Part shown: positions 1 to 11,969 of the stretch, piece by piece | How the letters are laid out: every line of letters begins with the position of its first letter | How positions within the stretch are numbered: the first letter of the stretch is position 1 | Assembly: GCF_964194025.1 (NCBI RefSeq) | Contig: NC_134477.1 | Span: 52,452,001-52,516,000 of the forward strand | Source of the DNA: Convolutriloba macropyga | Taxonomy: Eukaryota | Reading direction: 5' to 3' | Length of the DNA stretch: 64,000 nucleotides | Translations under genes and position numbers: made by a program | The notes under the pieces: model-generated | Told to the model about the DNA's origin: nothing | The model's database searches: none | What the model saw: only the letters and a program-made list of their open reading frames with translations

Positions 1-294
1 AGAAGAATGAAGAATTCTTCAACCAAAAACACCCTTATTTGAACCTTTAATGAGCAAAAACTTTTGATTCCGAATCAAAGTTTGATAACAAAGATTTGTA
101 TTAATTCACATTTGTTTTTAAAAAAATTATTGAAATATATCAATCGGCAAAAGCTGATTTAGAGAAATAAACAAGTGTTCACAAGAAAGTGTTTTAGTAG
201 GATTCGAAACAAAACCTGTGGCCAGAAAACACAGTGTGATTACTTCCTGGGATTTTATGATATGTACTCGTATTTTTTTAGTTTATTTTCAAAA

Positions 295-1256
295 CTTTGC
301 TACGAGAGTAGTTTTTTTCCGGATATTGTCACGAATTGATAACATATTATTATTATCAGAACCAGCTACCGTGATATTTTTACGTAGTATCTTGCTATAT
401 AACAACATATAACTTGTAATTGGAGGCATAACAACGCTGGAAGCGAAACAGAATTGATCCCTTTAAACTTCTTTGTGACCTCGAGAAATAAAAAGTTTGA
501 AAATCTCTTCAACAATCGATTCAAGCTTTCAAGTTTTTTCTATAATAAAACTTTTGTATATCCCCGGAAAAGTTATCGATTGGTCAAATTTTTCTTAACG
601 AAAACAGGAGGGGTAGTAAAAGTTCCAATCCCTCAAATTGATTTGGAGGGTTGGAACAATGATCAAGATTACCAATACTTCACTGAGTTTTATAAAAAAA
701 ATTTAAGCTTTCAAGTTTTTTCAAAAAACTTTCGATTTTTCAAATCAAGATTTTCAAAAAAAATCGATTCAAGCTTTCAAGTTTTTTCTATGATAAAACT
801 TTTGTATATCCCCGGAAAAGTTATCGGTTGGTCAAATTTTTCTTAACGAAAACAGGAGGGGTGGTAAAAGTTCCAATCCCTCAAATTGATTTCGAGGGTT
901 GGAACAACGATCAAGATTACCAATACTTCACTGAGTTTTATAAAATTGACCCACTGAATTTAATTGTCATTTTGTCAATTTGCCATGAATTCTCAGATGC
1001 TACTTACAGCTTCCTACTAAAAGAAGAAATCCGAATGTTCCCCGGAGAACAATTACTAGATGTTTTTATAGATTGATTTGTACGTGTCTCTGATTATACT
1101 GTACCAGTGCTTGTCAGTCATTGACTGTTGGATCCAAAGTGGAATTCCTGTCAATTTGGCGTTAATATTTTTAATGCTACTCTTTTCTCTGACTAGTTGG
1201 CTCTCTAAACAACAATAATCTCTACACAAAGGCTCGGCTTTTGTCTGATCGTTCAA
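295..1256 (-). pseudogene. Possible decayed F-box/LRR-like paralog, head-to-head with the gene at 1413
   Basis: Minus-strand fragments IIRDTYKSIY, ENSWQIDKMTIKF and LESLNRLLKRFSNFLFLEV...SLPALLCLQL loosely resemble LRITCKRMY, TNWEISQLFLTF and LRR-like segments of the neighbour; multiple stops and frameshifts. Confidence 0.25.
514..945. repeat. Local direct duplication of ~183 bp (514-696 and 762-945)
   Basis: AATCGATTCAAGCTTTCAAG...CACTGAGTTTTATAAAA occurs twice with few mismatches; explains the identical peptide in ORFs 454..846 and 828..1076. Confidence 0.92.
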
Positions 1257-1412
1257 TGCAACTCGGCGACTTCACTACTAAACTTGCAACAACATTGCCG
1301 GCGATTTGCTGATGATTAGAAAACTGGTTTCTCGCCAACATTCCGTTTATCCTGTTCACGTCAGTTGCTTACAGCAGAGGGTTCCAAGTCATCGTCATCA
1401 TCTCGGTAGACA

Positions 1413-3376
1413 ATGAATCCGATTGTATCTGATAATCTAATACAGATCTGGGATTTGCCAGAGCTTGTTATGGATAAAATATGCCAGCATTTGGTAACTT
1501 ACACTCCTATCCAAGAGATAAGGCCATACGGTTTTCACGTCAGACAAATTCTGAGACTTAGAATAACGTGTAAACGTATGTACGAGGCGGTTAACAACGC
1601 GAATATTTTACTCTGGTTGAGTCTGAATAGAAGAGAATCTCCTTCAAATAGATTCCTGACAATGATGAAGGAACGGACAAATTGGGAAATTTCACAACTT
1701 TTCCTGACTTTTAATGTAAACCCAGCTGGGGTGCTTGGAGGAATTTCAGGAATCTTTTCCGTTTTTGACACGCAAGGTTTCCTTGTGCATATTGTATTTG
1801 CAAACACCGTGCGCTTATGCTATTTTTGTGTGTTAGACTACTCCTTTCCGATTTATCAAGTTAAAAAGAATTTGAAACGAGCGATGGTTAACGACTGAAA
1901 CTTTTAATATGAGTATCCAAACGAAGCAGTCTAATGTGCTTAATTTGGAAACGTGCTTGATTTAAGTGTCCAATTTTATTTGCAATATTTGGTAGAGATA
2001 TAACGTATTACCCCAGCCCCCCTCCCCCCCCCCGCCTTAGTGAAGATCAAGCGTGTAGCCCCAACCTCCCACCCCATTATTGTAAATATACTTGGGGGGT
2101 GGGGATACAAGTGTGTAATTAGAAAAACCTTTATTTTTACGCTTCAGTAATTTGGCAGTTTACAAGACACACAGACACAAGAGAAAGTCTAAGTCTGTGC
2201 ATTTACAATATAGCCTGCTTTATAGCGCAACACGTTAGCATGTGGGTTTCGCAAAAGTAGAGTGTGAGCAAAAACGGAAATGGTTCAATTTCAGCGCAGC
2301 CTTTCTTTGACAACTTTGAATGCCTTATTAGTAAGAGACATTTGAAACGTGTTCGATTCCTCATAGCTGACAGAAATCGTTATCCACATTTACGAGAAAG
2401 CTGGGGAAATTTCATCAGACGTGTGAGATCATGGCCAATTCATCACGCAGAAATGATCTATTTGAAACGCAATGACTCGTTTGATTTCCATGTTTTTGAT
2501 CTTTTTGATTGCAGTTATTTAGTTGAATTATCACTGCAGGGAGTTCAAGAAAATATGATTGGAACACAACTAGAGAATATGCAATTGTTGACTTGTTTAG
2601 AGCTAATAAACTACGATTTAGAGGTTGATTATTTATGCAATTTACAAAACCTTAAATTTCTGACTGCTGGAATGTTCGTGATAAACTCAGTTTTCCCAGT
2701 GTTGAAATCACTGCAAGAGTTGTACGTTACAAAGCAGCTGCCCCAAACATCAAAGAAAGTTAACAAATTCCTTCAGAGCTCGTGCCCTGAAGTTAAATTT
2801 GTGATGATGTATGTAGAGGGCTATGAACGAAATATAGAATTCTGTTCGTTGCCGATGAAATGTACTGTTGCCAAAACTTACGGCTGGCTTTATGAAAACT
2901 TTTTTATTAATTGTGATCATGTGAAGTGTTTCATGGGCTCAGTAGTCTTGAAATCCTATTCAAAATGGAATCTTCCTTTTGGTTTGCTGGCCTTAAACGT
3001 AATTCCTCATATGGAGACGCTTGAGTACGATGAAGTTGATACTGTTATGCGGTTTATATTAGACAATTTACCGTTTCTCGAGCTTTTGGAGATCGAGCGA
3101 TGGTACTCCCCGCATATATATCCACCCGAGTGCCCACATTTGGCACCATGGATTACTGATAATAAAAAGTACCTTGACTCTCATGTGGTTAAACTTGTTA
3201 CATTCAAAGGTTGTCCAAAAGACAAAAACGGTCCAGTTTACGAGAAGCCAGATTTTGAGTTGAGCCAAGATATCCGGCCTTTTATGGGAGACGATTTTAC
3301 TCTTTGTTATCGATCGGAGTGGTATGGAACAAGAGAATATCGCGATAGCTTCAGAACATATTTCGAATTGTTTTAG
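1413..3376 (+). CDS. F-box domain / leucine-rich-repeat-like protein, two exons (1413-1776, 2295-3376), ~481 aa
   Basis: N-terminal F-box-like motif IWDLPELVMDKICQHL...LRLRITCKRMYEAV; phase-1 donor CAAG|GTTTCC at 1777 matches phase-1 acceptor ATTTCAG| at 2294; long second exon with LRR-like repeats (LVELSL, LTCLEL, LKFLTA, LQELYV, LELLEI). Confidence 0.72.
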
Positions 3377-5647
3377 ACCAACGGCACCATTGGACACCAA
3401 TGAAACTATTGGTCATCATGAAAAAAACCTCCGAAATAGGTCTTTTCCTTCATCCCCCTGTACGTTGCGCACCCCAGTCCTCAATTGAAAAGGAAAAGAT
3501 CTGAAAGTTATCATTCAGAGAAATATTATGGTGCTATCTATTCGGAAATTGATATCTACAAACTCTATTCGGAAATTTATCTACAAACTGGTGACAAGTT
3601 TTCATGCAGTGTTTTATCTTAGTAAATATTACATTGTGGTATTGTAGAAGAAAGCATAAACCAGTGCTATAAACCAATCAGAAATGAAAAGGAAAATTTA
3701 CTGCTGATTGGCTAGTTGCAAAAAGTCTACATTTAAACACGTCTGCTTGGTCACCTAGCACCCAACTAACTGTCTATTCGGAAATCTATATCTACAAAAT
3801 GTCTATAAATAGCCGATTAAAATTTGCCGTTCAGGCGTTTGTTTTGCCGTGCAGGACTTGGCATTCAGAAATCTTTTGCATTCTTCAATCTGTCAGAGTA
3901 TAATTTGTTCAAAAGCAGCCAATTTTTCTTGATTAGTAGTCATTAGCATGGGTCCAGGAAATCAGCTCCCTCGGAAAAAGTACCCCGCATAATTTTAGAT
4001 AGGAAATAACCCCCACGGAAATAAAGCCCCATTTTAAATTTTATTTTGTTGGGTTGCGATAGTTTTTTATCAAGTCCCACGGGCCATTAAGGCATAGCCA
4101 TGGAGCGCAAGGCATGGCCAAACGCGCTAAATAGGCAACTCGTTAAAAGTCAAGTGGGGATTTATTTCGCATCTTAAATTAAGTGCTTTTTCCGTGTGTT
4201 TTTTCCGAAAACGATTAGCATGTAGCATTGTGCAGTTTCCATGTTCGATTTTCTCGGAGAACTGCAATTTGGGTTGCTATTTTCAAGCAGCTTAAACGGT
4301 GAGAAACATGACGAAGATTTTGTATGGTTAATTTTCTAAACATAAAATCCTTATTTAGTGTTGCTTTTTTTGTTTCTTTGGTTTGGATTAGTTTGAATGA
4401 GATACAAAGCATCTTATCATATGAAAATTGTCGGAAGACCATAGTGTTTTCTAATTACCAGTGGACGACAATCATTATTATACATTTAAACACATTTAGT
4501 CCATTTTGGTCATTTGGTCTTTTTACTTCGAGAAATGCTTGTTGTTGTTAATTACGTGTTTTCTCATATCGATGTCTGAATTTAATGAAGATCTCAGTTT
4601 TGTTAGAGAACTCAGTTTTGGAAAACAGAATCGATCGTTGAAGTATTATTTTGAGATCTTTATTTTGCTGTCGTTTATGCAAAATTTTTGCTCTACCGCT
4701 TTTATACTGGAGTATTTTTGCTTGCATGACCGATTTAACTTTTGGAGTGATTCTTTTACGCTTTTTCTTGATTTTTGCGTGATATAATACTCTATCCCTC
4801 AAGAAATAGGTCACAAACTTAATGCTGGGTAGTTACTGGATAGTTAACTACTGCTGGGTAGTCCAATGGAAAGTGCGCCCATATTGCTAAATCCCAGGAG
4901 GGTTACAAAAGATGCTCTAATAAAACCATTTGAAGCCCTTTTTGATTGTATCCAGGCTACAACACCTTACAATTAAATTGAGCCCCTACGTGTTGCACCA
5001 GAGCAGAGGAATTTGCCCAACCTTAGAGTCAGATTTTTTCAGAACAACAGTTTAAGATTTTTATTCCTTTAAGATTGCAATGTCACGCTTTTAGTATTGT
5101 CAAGCTTATATATGTTTTATATTGGGGCACTCGCGTTTGTTTGTGATAGAAATTCCAACACAGCGCTTTGCCGGTGTGTTTGTTCTGTGTTCTGTGATTC
5201 CTCGTAATCAAAATTTTTGCACAAAGGTCTACCAAAAGTTTTTTTTTTCAATCTAACGTTTTGAAGAGATGATTGCCAGGCCAATTGTTGGCATCTCAGA
5301 GATCGTTACAAAATCACTGCCTTCTTAAAATATGTGGATGCTTTTAGGACAATTTGAAAGACAAGTTTTTTAGATTGAAGTGAATTGAAAAGTTAAAAAG
5401 AAATTTTGAAAACAAGAACCTCTCAAAGGATCTTGTAATGGAGAAAATCAAATTTGTTTTTTGCGTTGACAACTTAAGGAAAATTAAAAAAATCATTAAT
5501 CTGTTTTGATGATAAAAACAACGCTTAGAAATGGTATTCTTTTTTCGCTAGCAACAGAAAAAGTTCTACTGTAGGATTTATAACCCTAAAAGTTACCTCA
5601 AATATAAAAATTTCTTTTGAGGTATAAGAATTCTTTTGGGCTAAAGT

Positions 5648-6750
5648 TTTAATTGCTTGGCAAAGTTGTCCAAGTCATTAATTTGCGTACGCCATGCAAT
5701 TTGAATTTTAAAGAGCAATGAAATTAAACAATTATTTTGATGGAGAGTACGCTGAACCTCTCAAAGGAAACCGGTGCTTTGTTTGCCATGACTTTTTCCA
5801 AAATTATGTGATCTTGTAGAGATCATGTTGCAATGTAATGAGATAGCATAAGTGCCTGCGGTTGTAAAACTTATGCCCAAAAAGCGGGGGGGGGCATAAT
5901 AGACACCTGTTTTTGTTTTTAATTGTTCTCGAATAACGTTCGAAGTAACTATTATAGTCGTGTCTTTTGTACAACTCGAGAGGATTATTATATGGGTTCT
6001 TAAGGGCCCTGATGAAAAGTGGAGCAAAAATAATTGGCAGAGTGATGTTGTTTTTGTCAACACTTTTTAAACCAAATTTGCTCTTTTGAGTTTGGGGTGT
6101 TCCATTTTGAGTGGTTGTCATCGGGTTGCGGCAGATTGACAGTTGTCCGAGTCCCCCAACTTTTCTTGCTTTTTTGCAACTTCCTACTCAATCGCTTGGA
6201 ATTCGGTTATTTTACAGGTATATCAATACAAAATGGTAGGGGACCACATTTTTCATTCCATGAAAAGCTATTCTGAAGAATTTTTGGGAGCGAAAAATTG
6301 GGGGGGGGGGGGGGGGGGTCACCGAACTGTTCTGAGATAAAAAGGTAGAAATCTGGCATTTTTTACAAGTTCTGTGGGACACAGAGTACTTAAATTTTGA
6401 TTTCTTTGGAGTTCTTTTTGGGGTATAATTTTAATTTGAAAATTTTGAATTCTTTGAGGTAAAATTTTAATTTCTTGGGAAAGTTGTCCAAGTCGTTAAT
6501 TCGCCATTCGATTTGCATTTTAAAGATCACTGAACTAAAAAAGAGTTATTTTTGATGGAGAGAACGCTGAACCTCTAAAAGGAAACCGGTGCTTTGTTTG
6601 CCATGACACTTGGCAAAATTGTGTGATCTTGTATAGATTGTTGCAATGTATTCAGATAGCATAAGTGCCTGCGGTTGTAAAAATTATATGCCCAAAAAAC
6701 GGGGGACATAGTAGATCCCTGCTTTGCTATTAATTAATCTCGAATGACGT
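5648..6750. repeat. Diverged direct duplication of ~290 bp (5648-5940 and 6465-6750)
   Basis: Shared blocks AAAGTTGTCCAAGTC, GCTGAACCTCT.AAAGGAAACCGGTGCTTTGTTTGCCATGAC and GATAGCATAAGTGCCTGCGGTTGTAAAA. Confidence 0.85.
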
Positions 6751-7747
6751 GCCATAGACTGGTGGAATAGTAGCTAAATTACAGTAGCTAAAGTCCCAAC
6801 TTTTCACGCAGATTATTTCTTGGTCATTTTTTTTAACGCAACGGTCGGTGCTCAACTTTCTCATTAAAAATCAATCCAAACACACTCTGAGCATAGAAAA
6901 TCACGTCATCGTATTCGAACAGTAATGTCGATAACCAAAGCAACCAATCTGTTTTCTCTTTGGTTCCCTTACGATACTCATTTGAAATTCAACGTAAAAT
7001 TTCAACGATTAAGTTTCTTTTGTGCTTTTCAAAACTTAAGGCTTAAATTTATACAGAGTTCTTGCTTTTTTGGGTGCGTTATTCTATATCACTTGTCATT
7101 TTTTGCCGTTTAAAAGCCCGTGCATTCAATTTGTTTTCTAGCCAATGATTTTTGTTAAATCCAATTGAATTAGTTGTATGAGATCTAGAGCTGGAATTCA
7201 GGTACTGTTTTGAACAATCATTTCTGGACATTGGCTGTATGAATTGCAATTGCGAAGTGCACTTCTAAGTCAGAAAGCGACAGCAGGTTTTCGAACGCAG
7301 TTTTCTGCTTAAACTGTAATGCTTAAATTAAAATTTTGACAACCTCTGACGCTTCATTGAGAAAAAAATTTTCTGAATTTTTAGTAAGGTAGGAGCGTTA
7401 GCTTACGGCGTACCTATTGTTCTAACAAAACCTGAAATATTTTTTAATGAACTATGTAGTGAGTATTCGTTCAAGACAATTTCCTAAAGTTGAATTTTTA
7501 GATGTTCCACTACTGACACTTATATCAGTTTGAGAAACCTATCAATTTTAATACTCGAACATTAAGATTGAGTAAACCTTTTTCGGGGTTTCTGAAGGAT
7601 GTGAATTTTAAGGGTCTGAACATTGTGCGAAAGCTTGCTACCAACCCTTGTCTATTTTAATTCAAATTTGAATGTTTGATTGTTTAAATTGTTAATGATC
7701 ATGATTTTATTTAACAATGGTTGGCATCCAGTTTTCATGCATAAGTG

Positions 7748-8896
7748 TTAAAACTTGGGCTCCGAAACAATGCCTGCAAATGCTATAATTTTGGCTTTCG
7801 GGTTAATTATAGCAAAGAGAAAAGGACTTTCGAACTTCACAATTGGAACTTCTCGTTTCATCTTTGGACCCCCGGATGACCTCCAAGTTACTTCGACGTA
7901 AGTTACAGCCGTGGCTTCTGTTGCCTCTTCGTCAATTTCAATCACTGCATTCTGTTTGACTTGGTTTATATAGACAGAACCCTCAGTCATGTCCGAGAAA
8001 TTGGCCCCACTTCCAAACGCCTCTTTGATTCCCAACTTCTTCAAAAGAGGTATAGCATCCACTTTTGTCTCGATTTTGCTTTTGGGAACTTTAAGTTGAA
8101 TGAATCTGGAATAACTCTGACCGTACAGTTCGAATAACTTCACCGAGATCAATTGCTTCAGATCAACCGGGTTGCCACGGTTCGCAGGGAGGATCAAAGC
8201 CATTTGCCAATCAACAGACTTGGACCCGTCTCTGTATTGCATGAAGACAACCTCAAAGCTCTTGCCATCGTCGGTTTTAGATTTTAAATACCTGAAGGCT
8301 TTTGTACATAACATGAACCTTGCGTCCATCTCCCCAGATTTGGTATAAAATTTCTCGGTTTTGGTCAAATTGATTCCGAATGGATGGTGCCAGAACCCTT
8401 TGAGGTAAATAGCATTGATTGCCACCAAAGCTGTATTACGTGATGTACCTTTCAGAATCTCTTTTATCTTCCCGTTTGTTTGTTCCTCCACCCAGTTGTT
8501 CACAATTTTTTCACCTGCGTTCGATCCGAAGTCTACCTTTTCTGCATCCGCGTTGTATTTGTCTTGCAACGATTTCCGAAAATTTGCTTTAGGCTCAAAA
8601 TTTTTGTTGATAAACAAACCATTCGCCACGCTCAATTCGAATTCCTCAAAATTGGTGGTGTTGAATAGTTTGGCCATATGTTCAGCTTCTTCGCAAAAGT
8701 TGTTCTCTTCGGTCAATTGCAACCCTTTGTGGATTTCGTCTCTAGTGGTTCCCTTTGCTCCGTTGTTCACCATGCACATAGGGATGAACGCGCTCACTGG
8801 TGAAAGCACAAAGTTGTTCGCTTTGTCGCCCTGTTCGGATAGATAATACGCGAATAGCATTTGAGTAAAATTTAACGCGCCCAAAAAGTTTGCCAT
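7748..8896 (-). CDS. Serpin (serine protease inhibitor), intronless, no signal peptide, ~382 aa
   Basis: Serpin motifs NFVLSPVS, GAKGTTRDEI, NNWVEEQTNGKIKEIL, INAIYLKGFWHHPF, hinge EIDEEATEATAVT and C-terminal PFLFAI; first in-frame ATG after an upstream stop is at 8896; AATAAA on the minus strand ~37 nt past the stop. Confidence 0.95.
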   Translation of the reverse strand: MANFLGALNFTQMLFAYYLSEQGDKANNFVLSPVSAFIPMCMVNNGAKGTTRDEIHKGLQLTEENNFCEEAEHMAKLFNTTNFEEFELSVANGLFINKNFEPKANFRKSLQDKYNADAEKVDFGSNAGEKIVNNWVEEQTNGKIKEILKGTSRNTALVAINAIYLKGFWHHPFGINLTKTEKFYTKSGEMDARFMLCTKAFRYLKSKTDDGKSFEVVFMQYRDGSKSVDWQMALILPANRGNPVDLKQLISVKLFELYGQSYSRFIQLKVPKSKIETKVDAIPLLKKLGIKEAFGSGANFSDMTEGSVYINQVKQNAVIEIDEEATEATAVTYVEVTWRSSGGPKMKREVPIVKFESPFLFAIINPKAKIIAFAGIVSEPKF

Positions 8897-9927
8897 TTTT
8901 GAGCAATTCAGGTACAAATTTCAAACCAAGTTTTCAGTTTCGTTGGCGAGATCTCTTGCAAAGACTCCAAATTTTACAGATTTGCTAAACATTAAATGAA
9001 TTTTGTGCCTTTATTGAGATTGAAAAGTTCATTTACTTTTGTCTGCTGACTGTTTGCTGAAGGGGCGATAAATTCTTGAGCGTGTCACGTGGGTTGGAGC
9101 TGTCAGAAAGATTTGTCTTGCCCTCTTAAATGTTAAAAAATAGCAAATGATGGTTGTTCATGCCTTCGAAAGCTTACTGCAAAGATGCAGTTCTTTTTAT
9201 CTATCTCCAATCCTCGGATCAGACGAGGTTGACGCTGAAGTTGATTGTGAGCAATGTTTGGTTATGATGAATAGTCTTTCTCAGCAGAGCAGTAATTAGA
9301 GGTCATCTGGCTGTATTTTGAAGCTACAAGACCCAAGTCGCACTTCTATAAATTTACAGTTTTTACAAAGGAAGTTTGCATTGGAAATTTAGTTTAATGG
9401 ATCTTCAATGTATAGCTAATGATGAACCTATGGGTTACTTGTTTTTAAAGGAAAGAAAGTTTTAGGGATTAAAAAATAACCAGCATGATTTTGTTCAAAA
9501 TCTTGAAAATTTATTGTTCCATACATTCAAATCTTGTTTTGGGTAAGTTTTATCCGCGCAAGGCCTTTTTAAGTCGATTTGAAAAGCTCGCAGAAGTGAA
9601 TCGAACCTTTAAGAGTCCTTTGAGAATTTTTGTTTTCGCAAGGAATCAATTTGGCTTAAAATTTTAGTTTTTTAAATTTTTATTGACATTTTCATTAAGC
9701 TTAAACACTTACATACTTTAATTATGGAGGGGCTTCAAAAAGCATTATATTGAAACATAAGGGTCAGTTTTGGCAAAAACCCGGCGAAAACTCGCAACCG
9801 ATATCAGAAAGGAAACCAGAAGTAACGGAAATTAACCCCACTTTACTGTAAATGATGCGGCATCGTTTCAATTAAATGGAATAAATGACTTTTTTTTACC
9901 AAGATTGAAAAGAAAAGGTCGAGTGCG

Positions 9928-10184
9928 TGTTAATGCTAGAGATTAACTTCTTACGTTCATTGTGTTTTACCGCCTTTTGTCAGTTGATTTGTTTCCAAAA
10001 GTTGTAACGAGAAAAGTCATGATGATGAAATGTTGTAAAACCGGAAATGATACTCTTTCTTGAATTGTGTAACTTGAAACAAAACATGAGCAACCAAACT
10101 AATTGAAACTTAAAGCTAAGACTCAAGACAGATAACGACCTATCACCCTTCCCAATGCGGACCAGCGGAACCATGGCGTTATCA
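9928..10184 (+). repeat. 5' LTR (257 bp)
   Basis: TGTTAATGCTAGAG...CCATGGCGTTATCA, repeated at 11779. Confidence 0.93.
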
Positions 10185-10279
10185 TTTTGGCGCTCCTGGC
10201 CGATCCAGCTTTCCTAAGTGATCCCGAAAGCCATTGGAAGAACTCCTTGGGTAACAAGGAGGAGACAAACGTCTCAATG

Positions 10280-11750
10280 GAAACATCGAACGACAAATGT
10301 CTTATTGAAGTCAGCAGATTCTCAAACTGGACAAAGTTAATGCGCTCTATGGCTTTTTTCATAAGGTTCATAAAGAATTTCAGATCGAAACAAAAATGCA
10401 AACTAGAACTCGACGACATTAACGAAGCCCGAATCCCTTCAGAAAATCGCAAGAGAAGACCTTCAATGACGCCATCAAAGACATGAAACAACACAGGCCT
10501 TTGTCAAAGAAAGATCGTCTGCTCTGTTTGTCCCCTTTCTTTGAAAGTGGACTTCTTCGCGTTGGTGGCAGAACAAAACGAAGCTCGCTACCTTTCGACG
10601 CCAAGCACCCCATCATCCTGGACTCTAAAGAGCAGAGCACTCAACTCTACATACAGAAATGCCACGAAATTTGTATGCTCATTGGAGTTGAATACACCCG
10701 CAACTACATACAACAGAGATGCCACATTCGCGGAATCAGAGCTTTCCTGAGAATTTTGGCATTCAAATGTATCGACTGTCGCCGCTTCCGAGCACCGGGA
10801 CTGCAGCCACCGATGGCAGACCTGCCAGACATTCGTTTCCATGAAATTCAGTCACCAGTCATCTTCACCAAGGTCGGCGTGGACTACCTTGGACCGTTTG
10901 CCGTTGTTCATCGAGATGCAGAAGTGAAGACCTACATCTGCTTATTCACTTGCTTGGTTACAAGAGCAATTCACCTGGAAGTTGCAGAGGATCTCAGCAC
11001 AGACAAGTGTTTGACAGCAATCCGACCCTTCATCGCTCGACGCGGCCAACCGCGCTTTTTCCTGTCAGACAACGGATCCAACTTCCTGGAAGCAAGAAAG
11101 CGGATCAGAAGACCACTGATGTTGGACCACGACTACATCAAAGATCAGCTACTGATCCAGTCTGTCGAATGGAAGCTCAACTCTCCTTCTGCTCCTCGCT
11201 TTGGTGGGGTGTGGGAGAGACTCGTTCAGTGTGTCAAATGAGCTCTTCTCTTGAACCTTGGTTCCTCGAAACACCCCCAGATGTCTTCACCACGATCGTC
11301 AGCGAAGCCGAGTGTCTTGTCAAGTTGCGTCCACTCACCCACGTCAGAAGCCACCACGAAGACGACAACCCACTTACACCGAACCACTTCTTGCTTGGAA
11401 GACCCTTCTGCAATGTTCCTGGAGCCGTTTTCAACGAGACACTTACATTGAAGAATTCGGCATGGACACAGGCGAAGCAGAGACTTCAGCAGATTTGGAG
11501 GAGGCTGCTAACCGAGTATATTGCTTCCCTGAACAAACGACAGAAGTGGACATCTCGTGAAGCGGCTTTGGAAGTGGATGATGTTGTATGGCTTCTTGAG
11601 GAGTTTACACCAAGAGGAATATGGCCGCTTGGACGAGTCACACGGACTTTCACCGGCCCCGCCAACATAGCTAGGTCATGCGAGGTTAAGGCAAATTAAC
11701 TAGACCCGCAGTTAAACTTATGCATGTCTACCCCAAACTCACAACCAGGT
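10280..11750 (+). pseudogene. Frameshifted C-terminal BEL/Pao Pol: integrase zinc finger, DDE core and C-terminal DUF5641-type region
   Basis: RFSNWTKLMR, GLLRVGGR..KHPIIL, CIDC, GVDYLGPF, LSDNGSNF, GGVWERLV, LTPNHFLLG and WPLGRV motifs spread over shifted frames. Confidence 0.92.
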
Positions 11751-11778
11751 TAGGGTTAGGTTTTGTGGGCCCGGAGGA

Positions 11779-11969
11779 TGTTAATGCTAGAGATTAACTT
11801 CTTACGTTCATTGTGTTTTACCGCCTTTTGTAAGTTGATTTGTTTGGAATTGTGTAACTTGAAACAAAATATGAGCAACCAAACTAATTGAAACTTAAAG
11901 CTAAGACTCAAGACAGATGACGACCTATCACCCTTCCCAATGCGAACCAGCGGAACCATGGCGTTATGA
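11779..11969 (+). repeat. 3' LTR (191 bp; 66 bp shorter than the 5' LTR, ends in GA rather than CA)
   Basis: TGTTAATGCTAGAG...CCATGGCGTTATGA followed by the TSD GTGCG. Confidence 0.92.

Larger units (their letters stand above)
9928..11969 (+). mobile_element. BEL/Pao LTR retrotransposon, internally deleted and non-autonomous (~2 kb)
   Basis: 5' LTR 9928-10184 (TG...CA), 3' LTR 11779-11969, 5-bp TSD GTGCG on both sides, PBS-like TGGCGCTCCTGG 3 nt after the 5' LTR, purine-rich GGAGGA before the 3' LTR, BEL-type integrase region inside. Confidence 0.95.

Noticed and set aside
454-1076. Two plus-strand ORFs sharing the peptide VKFFLTKTGGVVKVPIPQID
   Set aside because: Explained by a DNA-level duplication; no protein family recognisable
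8415-8846. Plus-strand ORFs overlapping the serpin
   Set aside because: Antisense shadows of the serpin CDS
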